Source: the human T2T-CHM13v2.0 reference genome, Homo sapiens. From it: a stretch of DNA of 64,000 nucleotides. The stretch's first letter is position 1. Each line of letters starts with the position of its first letter. The notes under the pieces were generated by a model that was not told the origin of the DNA, did no database searches, and saw nothing but the letters and a program-made list of their open reading frames with translations. This document shows, one piece after another, positions 1 to 17,713 of this stretch. The translations under genes and the position numbers were made by a program. The DNA lies in assembly GCF_009914755.1 (NCBI RefSeq), contig NC_060925.1; one strand, written 5' to 3'.

Positions 1-1099
1 AAGCACATCAAATTGATTTTCCTTAGCTTTTATCTTGCTGTTGGGTATTAGTCTATTTCCTGTTTTTTGTTATTATATATTACATAATACTTCTGTAAGC
101 ATATTCCCAAATACAGCCATTCTCTTCTGTTGATTTATTTCCTTAGATAAGTTTCCAGGAATGGGATCATTGGATTGATGAATATGAATCGTTTTATTGT
201 TTTGGACATATATTGCCTGGTGCCTTCCACCAGCAGTATATGGAGATTGCCAATTTCAACACTGAGATAAGAGGCAGAATTGATACCCTTACTAGCAATG
301 AGAATTTTATTTTTTTTAATTCTTGCCGATTTACTTAAGAGTAAAAATGATACCTCAAGGCCATTTTATTTTTTGCATATTTTGATTATTCTTTAAAATA
401 GATTGCTGGCTAATTTATTTCCTACTCTCTTTTCTGCTTTCTTTCTCCTCTAGTTTTTATTATTCAATTAGTAACATTTCTTGAGTGTTTACTTTGCACC
501 AGATCCTGTGCTTCATGTTTTGAATACAAATGTGAAGTGAAAGATACAGGATTTTATGTCTGGTAGGGGAGATATTTGAGCAAATAGACTTCAGCTTTAT
601 GTGATAAGGACTTTGATAGGTGTCCACATATAATAAGAACATAGAGACATGGAGGAGAAGAACAATCAAACTTCTTGGCTGTCAAGATATTTTGAAACAT
701 ATATAGATTCTATCTGTACATATGTATTTATGAGTATACTTAACAGGAAGTTGCATACAGATATGTGTTTGCACATGCACCCATGTGTATCAGACAAAAA
801 TCTGGAGATGTATCATATTGGATCATTATTATCATGGGATGACAAAAGGACCCATGCCCAAAGATAGGAGCAACGACAGATAAGAAGATGGACAAAGAGC
901 AGTCCAATAAAGGAGAATGAAAGAAAAAGGCAGTCAGGTGGGAGGAAAATCAGAAGACAGCAGTGGAAGGAAGGAATTTAAAGAAGTGAGGAGCGGACCA
1001 GATTGGGCTACTTAGAAGTCATTGGGTCTGATATCTTTTTACCTTTGAATGCCATTTGGAATGTGAATATCTTGTCCCTATGTGGGTATTAACTTAGTA

Positions 1100-1625
1100 G
1101 AGAAGAAGCCTGGGCTTTAGGGTCAAATAGACCCTGGTTCAGATCATGGCTTTGCAACTTATTAGCTGCATGACCTTGGCCAAGAATCTTAACACCTTTG
1201 CACTCTTTACCATATCTTACTTTTACACGCTTCACCTTTAAAATATCTTACAAGGGTGCTAGAATTAAATGAACTGATGTCTCTAAAATGCTTAATGCAA
1301 TGCCTGGTACATAATAGGTCCTTTGCAAATAGTAGATGCTTTAGTTATTAGTAATCTAAATATAGTAGTTATTATTTTAAAACATATCCCATACATGCTC
1401 TATTCTTCTAGTCGTAACTAGTCTTAGAGAGGTAGAAGAATGAAGTAGTTAAGAGCCGGACTAAATCTCAGTTATTTAGCTCTGGGCCTTGGACAAGTTA
1501 TCTCTCTGGGCCTCAGTTTCCTCATCTGTTAGATGGAGACAATAATGGCACCCACCACATAGATTTATTTTTAGCATTAAGAATGGTGCCTGCTGCATAA
1601 TAAGTGCTGCATCAGTGATAGCTTT
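1100..1625 (+). mobile_element. Two MIR SINE fragments
   Basis: MIR core motifs: gaccttggccaag; ccttggacaagttatctctctgggcctcagtttcctcatctgt. Confidence 0.7.
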
Positions 1626-1686
1626 GATGATGACAATGATGATGATGACAGTGATGATGAAGGCAATGATGATGATGATGATGACA
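1625..1686 (+). repeat. Imperfect (GAT)n microsatellite
   Basis: tgatgatgacaatgatgatgatgacagtgatgatgaaggcaatgatgatgatgatgatgac. Confidence 0.9.
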
Positions 1687-3690
1687 GCTACATCTTTGGA
1701 CCAAATAACTTTACTCTATTTTAATAATATAAGTAATTCTGTGCCTTTTGAGTTCTTTTTATGCTTTCCCTTGGTCATACTTCATTAATTTCTCCCGAGA
1801 GTCTTAAAAGTCTCTTTTTTCTTTTTTCTTTTTTTTTTTTTTTTTTGAGCTGGGGTTCACTTCTATTTCTCTTTTGTCTATTTTGTTTCAATATTTTCAT
1901 CAGCTATTAGATTCATCAAGCCCAACACTTATGACTTTTTTTTCCTTATAGCTATTTTTATTCAGCAACTATCCTACCTTGAATTTATGATCTTGCTTAC
2001 TTATTTCCAAGTGGAAAACTGACTTCATGATCACCCATACCCTACTGAACGTCAGTATCCTCCCTTTAAGAGATTGCCCCTTTTCTTCTGGTATTTGGGG
2101 CAACAGTCTTGATATTTGTAGAAATGGCATTGTGGTAATATTGATGCAGGCAGAAACATTTTGGGATACCTACGGCCATTTAAATATTATGTAGGTTTTA
2201 CCCTCTTCCCAAGTCCCCAGTCCCTATACTCCCACTCTCCTGTTTTCTCATTAGAATTGGTTTTTACAGCGGGAAAAACTAAAGCTATACAAATTTCCAC
2301 CTGTTTCAAAGTGATCTGGTTTTAGACTTAAAAAAGCTTTTTTCTTTGCCTAAAACAGATAGGGCTTCATGTGTTTTTCTGCTTACAAATATAAGAGAAC
2401 ACAGAGCATTTCCCATCTTTACACCACAGATATTTTGTATCTGGCTTTGGTGTTAACTTCTGGAAAATCGACTGTCTTTCATTTGTTCCTTTCTTCTTAG
2501 AGACTCCCATTGCTTGCAGGTTACATCTCTACACTCTATTTTCTATGTCTGCCATCTTCTCTCTCCTTCTTTCAACCCTCCATATGTATTTCTTGTATCT
2601 ATTTCTGATTCACTAGCCCAGTTTCCTGCAGTGTTGATTTTAATGTTTACTATATGCAGTGATGATCTTATTTTGTCTCTCATAGAATGAGTGTATCCTG
2701 GTCTGTTCCTGTGTCTTAATGGGAATATTTCTCTCTCCTTAAGAATGAATAACAGCTGTTTCCTGAATAACTTTTTCATGTGATGTCCAAGGTTTATTTA
2801 AGGCGGGCTATAATTGCTTATAAAATCTTAGTTTTCCATTTTTCTTTTGGGCTACATAACTTTCTCATTAGGGCCAGATTTTTTTTTCCATTTTCTTATA
2901 CTTCCTCTCCAATTTTTGGAGTGTTTATCATATGGAAGCCGACTTTAAATTTCATTTCCTTCAGTTTTGGAGGGTCAAGAGCAGGTCAGTCAGAGATGAT
3001 CTCTTTTTTCCCCACAGCTCACCTTTTCAGGAATTAACAGTGCACTTCCTACAGCTGAGATTGTATATCAGACAATTTTAATGAGACATTTTTATCTTGG
3101 CCCGACCACATGGTTACTCCCAATGTTTATCTCTTAAACAGGTTAGAGGAGAATTCTTAGAATTTTGTGCCTCTAATGTAGCTTAAAAATAAAAATTTTT
3201 TCAATTCTTATTATTTGTGTTGGTATACATTTGATTAATTGATTGAACTTTTCAGACAATTTCATGTAGGTTTTTTTTTTTAATTTAGGGAGAGGAAGCT
3301 CTCCCTTTCTATTCTGATTTTCCCTAGAAAGCCAGAATTTAGCATTGGATAATAATAAAATCTAGATCTGGCATGGCATGGTGGCAGAGTTTGGAGTGAG
3401 AGGGAAATGGCTGCAGATTCTGATCACACTCAGCTCACTTGTGTGACCTTGAGCAATTAAACAAATATTTCTGACCCTCAGTTCTTTCAACTGTAAAACA
3501 ATAAAAATAATACCCGTCTTACAAGATTGTTGTAAAGATGAGATATGGAAAGCACCTAGCAAGTTTCCTGTCACTTGGAAGGTTTCTAGTAAGTGACTGC
3601 TGCTATTATTAGTAGTGTTATTAAGTTCAAAGTGGTGAGAAAGCACTGTCAGTTCTATGATTATATGGGTATGAGTCAAAGATTGGGAGA

Positions 3691-3983
3691 GGCCAGGCAT
3701 TATGGCTCATGTCTGTAATACCAGCACTTTGGGAGACTGAGGCTGGAGGATCACTTGAGGCCAGGAGTTTGTGATCAGCCTGGGCAACATAAAAAGACGC
3801 TGTCTCTACTAAAAATTAAAAAAAATTAGCCAAGCCTGATGGCATACAGTTATAGTCCCAGCTACTCAGGAGGCTGAAGCAGGAGGATCTCTTGAGCCTG
3901 GGAGTTCAAGTTTACAGTGAGCTATGACTGTGCCACTGCACTTCAGCCTAAGCAACAAATCAAGAACTTGTTTCTTAAAAAAA
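3691..3983 (+). mobile_element. AluJ
   Basis: Full dimer with J-type features. TSD-like aaagatt(g/t)ggaga on both sides. Confidence 0.9.
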
Positions 3984-6900
3984 AGATTTGGAGAACTCTG
4001 ACTCCAACTTCACAGTTACAGTTTTTATTGTAGAAAAATTTTGAAACCACTGGACCAAGTCAGAAAAATGAGGCTCTGCCAGAATCTGTCTGTGTGATCT
4101 TGGCCAGGTCACTTCATTTTGAGGTTTGGCGTCTTCATCCATATATTGAAGAGGTGGTGCAACAGTGATGACTTCTTCCTGTCACCTTTTTGTAGGTCTG
4201 CAAGCTTCTTACCACCATCATGAGTATTAAAGTCATCTTTTGTTTTTGTTTTTTAATATATAGCTAATCATGTCATTCCCCAGTATAAAGCCCTTCCTAC
4301 AGTGGCTTCCTGCTGCTCCCGGGTAATAACCTGAGCAGGGATGACCTCTCACTCCTCTCTGGGGTCCTCTCTCTCCCTTCCCTCTGGCTCAAGCTCTGGC
4401 CAAGCTCCTTCCCCACTAGAGCCTGCACTCCTGCAGCTTCCTCTCTTGACTGCTCCCTGACCCCTCCCACCACATCCTCTTCCCCACACAGGTTTCATTA
4501 GAGCATGGAACCCTATACTTCCCCTTTGTAACTCATATCATAATCGTAATTAAAGTCCTGTTTGCTCTAGGCCCCTACTTCTAGGTGGTTAATAGCTGTT
4601 TCCCCAGTACCTAGCCTACTGCCCTAGCAGGTCATAAGTGCTGGATAAATATTTGCAGGATGAATGAATGAATGACTGTGATCTTGAACATAATGTTAAA
4701 GAAGGCATGGTCTTTTATTTTTAATACTTCCGGTAGATCCAAGACTTAGGCAGGTTGGATGCTAAGAAATAAGGCTTCATAACAACTTCAAAAATAAATG
4801 TTCCGACATGATTTTTTTTCAGCTATTGGTTCTTTGACAAAGAATAAAGTAAAATTAAATTATATTGCAATCCTCATTTCAAGTAAGAAGTGACTAGTTC
4901 TGTATACCTTTCCCAATTACAAATATCCCCAACTCTGGGAACTTGCTCCACACAATCCCCCATAAAATGTCCTTCAGGAAAGGGTGAATGGATGCCAGCC
5001 AGTTCCACAGGAGGCCCTGGCCGGGGCTGGGGAGTGGGCAGTGAATGGGGTATGTGACGGAGCATTTTCTTCAACATTTGGTGTGTACGTCTCTACCTTG
5101 GGCTGCCTTTGTTTCTTTGCCATATCCAGACTTGTACTTGGTCCATGATACTCAGACCTATGGGGACAGAAGTTGGTTGGCAGAGTAAAGTCATGTGAAT
5201 GGTTCTGATTCGACCCAAGAGTGGGGTGGGATCTGTCTGAGAGAGCATTCACCAGGGCAGTCCTGAATTTCTGAGTTGTCTTTGAATCCCTAACACCTGG
5301 CCCACAGTAACCACTCTGAATAGTTTCTTTCTTTCCCGTCTCTGATAATAATGCCTTTCATTTATGTGTCATTGCATAGTTTATAGAGTGCTTTTACAGT
5401 CACTAGCTCATTGGAGCCTCACACACTGTGAGGTCGGTACTGTGGGTATTTTCATCTCTGTTTAAATTTCTAAATTCTGTTTAAGCGAATTTAGAAAGGG
5501 AAAAAGAAAAGCTCAGAGGGGTGTTTCTTGCCAGCTATTGCCGAGATTTACTTTGGAATGAGGTGGAATTTAGATTTTCATTTTGTACATGTAAATTGCC
5601 CAGAGTTAGAGGCAGAAGGTGGTAGAGCTAAAACTCAAATCTGGGTCTTCTCATTCCAGGTGTAAAGACATCAATTGCCTCTCACAGGGCTTTTCTGCAC
5701 CATAGATGATTTGCTTCTTTCTATCTCAGCATAATAGATTTAACAAAGACACTATTACAAATTGTGATTTCTTTTACACATTTGGTTGTGTTTTTTTTTA
5801 TTTTAGTGATTTAAGCTGTGTACTTTCTGATTCTTTTTTCTTTTATTCTCTTAGTCATTCAGCAAGCATATATTGAACATCTGTGTGCCAAGAACCGTCC
5901 CAGATGTTAGAAAGAAAATTAAGACACGATCCCTCCCTTTGAGGTGCTCACGACATAGAATGGGGCACGGGTACATGAATAAATAAAATGCAGTTGAACA
6001 GGTAACTCTGTAGAGGTAGGAAAGTCTAGGAAATGGTCACTTTTACGTGGGAGTAGGAGAGAGGGCAGGCAGAGGTCGTAAATATGGAAGAGATTGGGGC
6101 GGGTGACAGCCCAGGCAGAGAGTTCAGAAGGGTGGGGTGAGAAAGTCCCTGAACTGGAGTATAGTCCAAGGTAGTGGCAGCAAAGAGGAGCAGTGAGGGG
6201 CTGGATCTGGAGAGGCATGGTGGGGGGACTTGAGGTCTTTGGGTGCTAAAGGTAAGGTATTCTCGAGGCAACAAGGAGCTCTTGAAATTATTTAAAACAG
6301 GTGTGTGACATCAGATTTGAAACATTAACTGGCATTGAAGATTTTGAGAGCTACAAGTACAGTGAGACAGGGAACTACGATCTGTTGTAGGGAAGTGAGC
6401 CCCCTTCACACCAGCTGTCATTTCTGCTAGTAGTAAGAATGATTCGGGACAGCTGTGTAGGAGCTTGGAAAGAGGGGTGCGTAAAATTGAACCAAATGGC
6501 TTTGCATTCTGATGGTTTTAGTTGTCCTGTGATGTTGTGACTTAGTATCAGCTCTCTCAACAGGAAGTCGCTAAGTAGAGCCTAAAAGAAGTGCTTCCAA
6601 AGTATGTTCCAAAGGAGAGAAAGAATTTCTTGTTTTCCACAAACTGTACCCAAAGCTTAAACCAATAAGGTCAGATGTTTTTGTGCTCTCTGAAACAATT
6701 CCAAGCTATTTTGCAATCCTTTAGAGCATCAGCTACATGAAGTACGTCAAACAGCATCATTCCTGGTGAATGTCATTTTTAAATGGCAAATGAGAATACC
6801 AAGGACATAGTGAATTGAGAACACTTTTTCTTCATTTCTATGAAAAAGTTAACTAAAAGCAAATGCAGCATCATAGATGGACTTTATCTTAGTAGGGTAA

Positions 6901-7499
6901 GGCTGTGGTTTCTTGGATGTGTGCTTATTAAAGCTGGGTACTTTCACCACTCAGAGCCAAGTTCCCATCACGTTTGAAGGCTTACTGTTCCTACTCAGAA
7001 GGAAGTATAAATACAGTACAACTCACTGATTGTCTTCCTGTGGACTTTAGGAAATGTACTTCTAGACTATCTCATAGTGGAGCTGTTTCCTCCATTAAAA
7101 CCTTCAAAATTTTCCATTTGCTTTATACTCTGGCAATCTACACTGAATTAAATAATTTCTATTAATAGGACATGTTTATCATCCTAAGAAACCTGAAATG
7201 ATGTGGTTCTTATCATTACATTCTATTGTTACCCCTGCTGAGTATGACATTAAATCATTCAAGAAGGAATTGCAGAAAGAAGATTTTAATCTCATGGCCA
7301 TTAACAGGAAGAAAGAGTAATTTTCCATCATTGTAATATACAGTTTACAGAGGGGATGGCTGTATGACCCTGGGCATGCCTTTTAATCTCTTTGGCCTCA
7401 GTTTCTTCATTTTAAAGTGAGATTTGACCCATCTGACCTGGGTCAAACTTCATTACAAACATTTATTTCTTCCACGTACAATGTTGGCGTACACACTCT

Positions 7500-7800
7500 A
7501 AGAGCTGGGTGGGAACTTCATAGTTTCAGGGACCCAGGTTCTTGCTATCTTGTTGCTCCACTGTGCTCACCCTGTGGTTGAGTCTGCTGCTCCAGTGCCC
7601 ACACTCATGTCCACACACCAGCCAGTGAGAGAAGGGAAAGGACCAAGGGGAAGACACACCCCCTCCTTTAGAGGCATGATCTAAAAGTGACACGTGGCCT
7701 TCACTCATACCCCTTTGACCAGAATGTAGTCACATGGTCACACCTCACTGGGAGAGAGGTGAGAAATGGCTGTCACGTCATGTCCAGTAGTTGTCATGTA
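7500..7800 (-). mobile_element. Old MLT1-type (MaLR) LTR fragment
   Basis: cagggacccaggttcttgctatcttgttgctcc...gaccagaatgtagtcacatggtcacacctc. Confidence 0.5.
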
Positions 7801-8342
7801 CAACTGCGATGTGTGTGTTAGGGAGGGGTAGATATCCGAGGACAACTAGTAGGTGCCTGCCATAGCATGTGAGGTCCTTTTCAGTTTTAAAAATAAATAA
7901 TGTGTGCAAGTTCCATGTCTAATTGCCTATTAACCTATGAAAAAAATTCAGACACTATCCCTCTTGTGCAGATGCCTGTGTTTGAAGGTGGCAGAGGAGG
8001 TAGATGGAAGAAAGCCCAGCAGGGGTGACCTTGTAAATTTCGACAGCATAGTCTGATGGAGTGTATTCTTTTGTGGAAAAAAAAAAAAAGATTACTTTCC
8101 CTAAAAATGGAAAAACAGATAAGAAATTCAAAAAGAAACAAATTAACTGGGACCTTAATTTCTTTTTGCAACTTTCTCATCCAAGTTTCGTTTTGCATCC
8201 AAAAATCAAGTTGGCTTCTGTTGAATACAAAGTACTAATTCCCTCCCTTGCATAGCCCAGGTTATATACGGGCTATGCAAGGGGGAATTGAAAAGGCACA
8301 TTTGTTATGTCTGATGTTTGAATTAGATACAGCTGCATGTTT

Positions 8343-10854
<2,512 letters not shown>

Positions 10855-10919
10855 ACAGCTGCATGTTTTAACCTTTAAATTAAAGTGAAAAAATCCTGCA
10901 AAGTTTCTTTATATGGTAT

Positions 10920-11295
10920 GGTAGTCACTTGACATGGTCACTAGTATTCCAAATCTCCTCCCTCTGGGTCCATGGGCACTTCTTTGCCCATTGTGACCAC
11001 GTGACTTGTTTTTCCAGATGAAATGTGAGTGGAGGGGATATGTGTCACCTTTAAGGGGAAGTCTTAAGACCCAATGCAGAATTCTACAATCTCCATTCTG
11101 CCTACCATGGTGACCTGCAAAGTTCCAGATTTCTGATCTCTTTCAATCTGCATTCCTGAATAAGGACATGACACGGAGCAGTGACCCTGCTGACCTGTGA
11201 TGAACATGTACCCACGAGTGAGAAATAAACCCTTGTTGTTTTAAGCCATTCTGTTTTGGGGATGTTTGTTACTACAACATAACCAAACTAAAATA
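10920..11295 (+). mobile_element. MLT1-type LTR
   Basis: gaccacgtgacttg...gaaatgtgagtgga; 3' end gagaaataaacccttgttgttttaagccatt...tttgttactacaacataacc. Confidence 0.75.
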
Positions 11296-11646
11296 CCTCA
11301 CCTATGGATAATGAGTGGTAACATGTCAGGTACTACTTAGTTTTTGAAAGTGAAGTCATTAAATAAAGATCCATTATTGTTAATAATTGTTAATAAATGC
11401 CAGAGAAATCCAGTGCATAATGCATGTATCTTTTACCCAAATACTAAAAACTAGTGCTCAAATTATTAGTTCAATTTAGTTGTTATTGTTCTTTCATGGT
11501 AGTTAGTAGTAATATTTTAAGTAAATGTATATTCACAAATTGCATCTTAACATAATTTTTAAGTTATAAGATGTACCAAGATTTTAAAAGAGATTGACAG
11601 ACTTATGATACATCTTTGATTCTGGCAGCATTGGTGGCTATAGGAG

Positions 11647-12013
<367 letters not shown>

Positions 12014-14307
12014 TAGTTCTGATGCCATGCAATTTGGTGACTTTTTGATCTGTACCTGTAAATGGTATTGCCACAAATAGCGTAAATGCCATCATACCAG
12101 TTTTTTCTCCAAATGTTTATTATTTTTTAACCATTTAAAAGAATTATTTCATTTATTTGAAAGCCAGTTCCAAAAACAAATGATAATAGCTAACAATTGT
12201 TGTATGCTTCCTGTTTGCCATGTGGATCTAAGTGGTCCATATGAATTATCTTAAAAATCTTCATAACAATCATCATTTACCTGAGGAAACTGAGATATAG
12301 AGAAACCAATAAATGTACTAAACCCCACATAGTTGGGGGTGGGTATGAAGGAATTGGGATTTAAAGACATGTTGTCTGTGACATCTGGCCTCTTGGAGAA
12401 GGGTGGGATCCCAGAACCACTTATGTCTGTTGTTGATTTTGTCCAAGTGTGAAGGTAGCAGTACAGATGAAATATAAATTATACTTTTTTCACACACAGC
12501 CAGTGTGTTATTTTCCCCCTCAGGACCCCTAGGTTTTATTTTTTGCTTGTTTATTTAAGCAAATATCTTTAAAATAATGACTTTGAGCACCATCCTCAAT
12601 GATCATACTTTCTTGTCATCATTAGAAGAACCAGCCTTGACCTCGCCATCTACCACATGCCTCCACCCCAGCACACAGAATTATGACCTCACCTCTTCTT
12701 TAGGTCTCCAGCTAAGGCTGTTTATAAGTGGCCTGTCTGGATGTCTTCAGGTGACAGATATGGATATATATCTTGTGCTCAGACCCTGGCAGAAATGACA
12801 GGGAGAAAATATGTGATTCTTAAATATTTACGAAGAGATCTCATCATGGTCCTCTGAGGATGTTAAGAACCCAAAGAATCTTAATTGTTTACAGTGCTCT
12901 CCCATTAAAACTTTAAAAGCAGTGGCCTGGGTTTCTTCTTTCAGAGTGGACCTGGCACTCCAGAGGGAAAGCTCATTTGCTTGATTGGCTTTTTGGGAAA
13001 GGTGTGCCAACGAATGTGTTTTCATTTAATAATCTGGAAACCAGGGGGATCACGGACTGGCGTGCAGAGTTGCTCAGCTAGAAGCGTCTGAACTTGAGTG
13101 GGAAGGTGACAGGATTCAGTGTGGCTTCGGGCCGGTGTGGTTTGTGAGCTTAGCCAGCTATCCTATGACAGTTTTACAAGTATAGAACTCTTGAATATGC
13201 TGAAGTTGAATATTCTGGGAAAGGAAGGGCGAAGGTGATTGAACTGTGCTCTTGTTTTTGCTTTCAGGCAAATTCCTCTTCTATACCGGGTGCAGTCATC
13301 TTTAGCTTGTCAGTTATTGTCACAACTTGTTGGGAAGATCATCAGCTTAGCCACATAGAGTTGCCTAAATATTTGAGCAGAAACCCCAGCCCTTCTGCAG
13401 GGTCTCACGTGAACATCCTACCAGATGTGGGGATATCAAGGTAAAAGACAGGGCAATTCATATAATAATACCAACAGCATACACTATGTGCCAGGCACAG
13501 TTCTAAGCACTTTACATGTCTTAGGAAAAGGTTTTTCGTATCCTTATTTTAGAGATGAGGAAAACTTAAACACTTAGGTAACTTGCCTGGGGTCACACAA
13601 CCAGTAAAGAATGGAGCTAGATTCAAACCCAAGCAGGCTGGCTGCAGTAGCCAGAATGACCCAATCGTAGTTCACAGTAGTATTCACTCAAGGGATTCAG
13701 TAGGATCCATAATGATTCATAGGACAGAATGCATATCTCAACAAAACATATGTTTGTTTTGTGTTGTCTGAAGGTTGTAGATGAAGTACCTGGCAAGCAT
13801 GTCAGAATTCTGAGCTGCCACTGGATGAGAAACTTCCATGTCAGAGAATCCTTTCTCCTTCCTACATGGAGAGGTGGTGAGTTAGTGAGTACAATAAGAG
13901 ATAGTGCTTATACGTAGATGAGTTATTAGAAAATCTTTATGGAGCACACGCTATGTGTGGAGCATGTGCCAGTAACAAGACAAGGATGATTGTCTTTGTG
14001 TCTCTGAGAATCCAGCAGACCTCTAGGGAGAAGAAGGAGAGTTCACTTCAATGAGCCCAGAGTCCCTCACTCTCCTGGCTTTTTGGAGACTGCCTGCCTT
14101 CCATAGCCACATTATCCTAAGGGAGGAAAGAAAGAGTTAACATTCCATGGCCTTATCCAAAGCCTTCTTTGACTGTTATTGGGAAACAGTGCTTTGGGGG
14201 ATGATACTGCTTAGTGCAAATAAAATGTCCTCTGGCCTGAACCTTAGAGAACCCTGAGCATGGCATCCACCTTGCTGTGGGAACCAACACTTTAATTTCC
14301 TTTCCTC

Positions 14308-14586
14308 TGGCTCAACGCCTGTAATCCTGGCACTTTGGGATGCTGTGGCAGGAGGATCAGTTGAACCCAGGAATTCCAGCCTTGGCAATATAGCAAGACA
14401 CCTTCTTCACAAAAAAATTAAAAAATTAGCTGGGCTAGGTGGTGGTGTGTGCCTGTGGTCCCACCTACTCTGGAGGCTGAGGTGGGAGGATCACTTGAGC
14501 CCAGGAGGTCAAGGCTGCAGTGAGCCATGATCACCCAGCCTGGGCAACAGAGCAAGACTCAATCTCTTACAAGAAGAAAAAAAAAA
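14308..14586 (+). mobile_element. AluJ
   Basis: J-type right arm (ggaggatcacttgagcccaggaggtcaaggctgcagtgagccatgatc). Confidence 0.88.
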
Positions 14587-15857
14587 TCTTTCTCTGACCA
14601 TTGTAGCCTGGGAAAGTAACAGTAATAATTAAATTATATTGTCACTTATTCGTCATGTACCAGTGAGAAATCAGCTAGTTAGTTTAATAACCATACAAAG
14701 CCTTCTGAATTGTTTATTTATGTGATTAAAGACCATTTGAAATCATCTAAAACTATTTGTCTTGGTTTTTGGCCCTTGGTATCTGGGAACTTCTTTCTAG
14801 AATTTCTCTGATGTGATATGTCCACTGTATCTTTATAAGAGGTAGGTTTATTTTTATAAAAATGTTATCACTTCTGGCAGTAGAAACAGGTATATTTGAT
14901 AATTTAATGAGATGTCATCAAGAATAGTGTTTATTTTAAAAAATACTAAATATACATTTGTCTTCATTATTATGGAACTTGGGGTTGCTGGTGGTAGGAG
15001 ACTTACAATGATTTCAGATGCTTTTCTCTAGCAAGGAGTATTATTTTTGCTTCTCTCAAATATCACTGAGTTCCAGTCTTCTTTATAGCTTTTCATAAAA
15101 GATCATTTTTTTTCAGAACCATTTATTCTCACCAGGAACTAAATCCAGATAAAGACATAGTTGAGTTCATATTTGATTTGAGACTATAGTGATGTTTCAT
15201 TTAAGTAGCTTTGGAAAACACAGACATTTGGTTGCCATTTGATTCTGGTTACTTACTCTAGTTTGTTATCGAACTTCTGGTTCAGCAACATTAAAGGGAA
15301 TTAACACTTGAATTTACATCTCTTCTGATTTGAAGCTCATGGCTTGAGGTTCAAGGGCACGCCTCTTATTAAAATCATTTAATGTTCTATACATTTCCGA
15401 GAAAGTAATCAAAATCAGACACTCTCACTCCTAGACTCAACTTCAGTGGTTATTTCTTTTATAAAATTAATTGCTTAATGGGAATTTTAAATGAAAGGCA
15501 GTGGTTTAGAAGTTGAGGCAGGGTGGCTCAGAGTCTCTTATTGTGTAATGAATCACTTGAACCCTACCATGCACCTTTTCCTGTGCATTGCTGATGAAGC
15601 CTGGTATGTGCCCCAAAGAACTTTTGAAATTAAAAAAACACAGGTCAAAGCAATCAGATGCCATTTTTCACCCATTTAGTTTAGCAAACATTGTTGAGTT
15701 TAATAATTTCTGATGCTGGTGAGGATTTGGGGAAATCAGAGCCCTTGCTGTGTTAGTGGCTCCTCATTGGTAGATAATTTATCAATATCTTTCAAAATGT
15801 TTAATGCATATACCATTGATCTACGTAGTCTACTGCTACGACTTCACCATACGTGAT

Positions 15858-16400
15858 GTATTAGTTACCCAGTACTACATTACACATTACCACAAAATTT
15901 AACAGCTTAAAACAACAAATATTTATTATCTCATACAGTTTCTGAGTTCAGGAATTGGGAGCACTTTAGCTGGGCATTTGTGGTTCAGGGTCTCTCATGA
16001 AGTTGCTGCCAAACTGTGGGCAGCAGCTGCATTCATCTCAAAGCTCAAGTGGGGCAGGGGAATTCACTTCCCAAGCACACTCATGTTTGCTGTTGGGAGG
16101 CCTCAGTTCCTCACCACCTGGACCTTCCGTGGGTGGCCTGAGTGCCTTTATGATATACATGCTGGCTTCTTTCAAAGCATATAAACCAAGAGAGACAGAG
16201 GGAGCCAGTCAGAGAGCACCCAAGGGGGAAGCTGCAATCATTTATAACCAAATCTTGGAAGTGGCCTACCATTATTTCTGCTGTAGATTATTGATCACAT
16301 AGACCAACCCTGGTACAGGTACAGTGTGGGAAGGGATTACACAAGGGTGTGAATCTTAGAAGCTGGGGTCCTTGCAGGCCATCTTGGAGTCTTCCTACCC
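15858..16400 (-). mobile_element. MLT1 (MaLR) LTR
   Basis: tgtattagttaccc...cagcttaaaacaacaaatatttattatctcatacagtttctg... Confidence 0.75.
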
Positions 16401-17358
16401 CATGAGGCTACTCTAAAAACACAAAAGCCTGAGCTGTGTCACCAAGCTAAATGACCCTCTTTATGCTAAAGAATGATCCATCATACTGTGGAATGTGTCG
16501 CACCTGTTAAAAAGAATAAAAAATCTGTATGTGCAGATATGAAAAGATCTTTAAGTTATACTATTAAGTAAAGAAAGAATCTGTAATAGTGCTATATGGC
16601 TTGATATATTTTAGATAAATTTAAAATATATACATGTAATCTGGTGTAGCATATATTTTTTTTTCTAGAATGAAAAAGTGTTTTGCATTTTTCCCTCCCT
16701 CCCTTTCCATAGGGAGAAATTTTTAGAAATTTAGAATTGAGGCACCTAAGTCTGTACCGATGCTCGTGTTCCCTGCCTGTCTTCAGGGAACTATACAGAT
16801 CTTTATTTTCCAAGTCTCAGGGCTGTTCGGGCCATAACTACTCCTATGCTCGCCTCAGATCTTCACTTGAAGCTGGTTTTCCTGTTGTGCAGTGCACTAA
16901 GTGACACACAGAGGCTTTCTGCCTCAGTGTCTTCAGCCAACTGAGCAAGAATTCTTGTTGCAACAAGTTTTGCAAGTTCCAGGGTTCTTGGTCTGCCTGG
17001 AATCTCATGAATCATTAGATTTTTGTCTCACTTAGGTTCCCTCCCAGCTTGCTATCCTATTTAAAACGCCCTTTATTCCCAAGCAGGCTCTTGAGGCACT
17101 ACCAGCCTGACTCTGATTTCTTCTAGAAGCAGCATGTTTCTTCCTAGCCCTAGGGTGAAATGCTTCAGTGGAAATTCTCCTTCGATTATGAAGTTGCAAA
17201 GTCTGTCCTTCGGTCTGCCAACTTTTCCTTCTTACTATCTGTCAAATCCTGATTTATTCAGTAAGTATAAGTAAATCTGCTAGACACCTCCATCTTGCCC
17301 TAAGTCTGGTTATTTCTTTCATTACAGCATATCTATGGCTTTCTTCTTAATTAATTCA

Positions 17359-17713
<355 letters not shown>

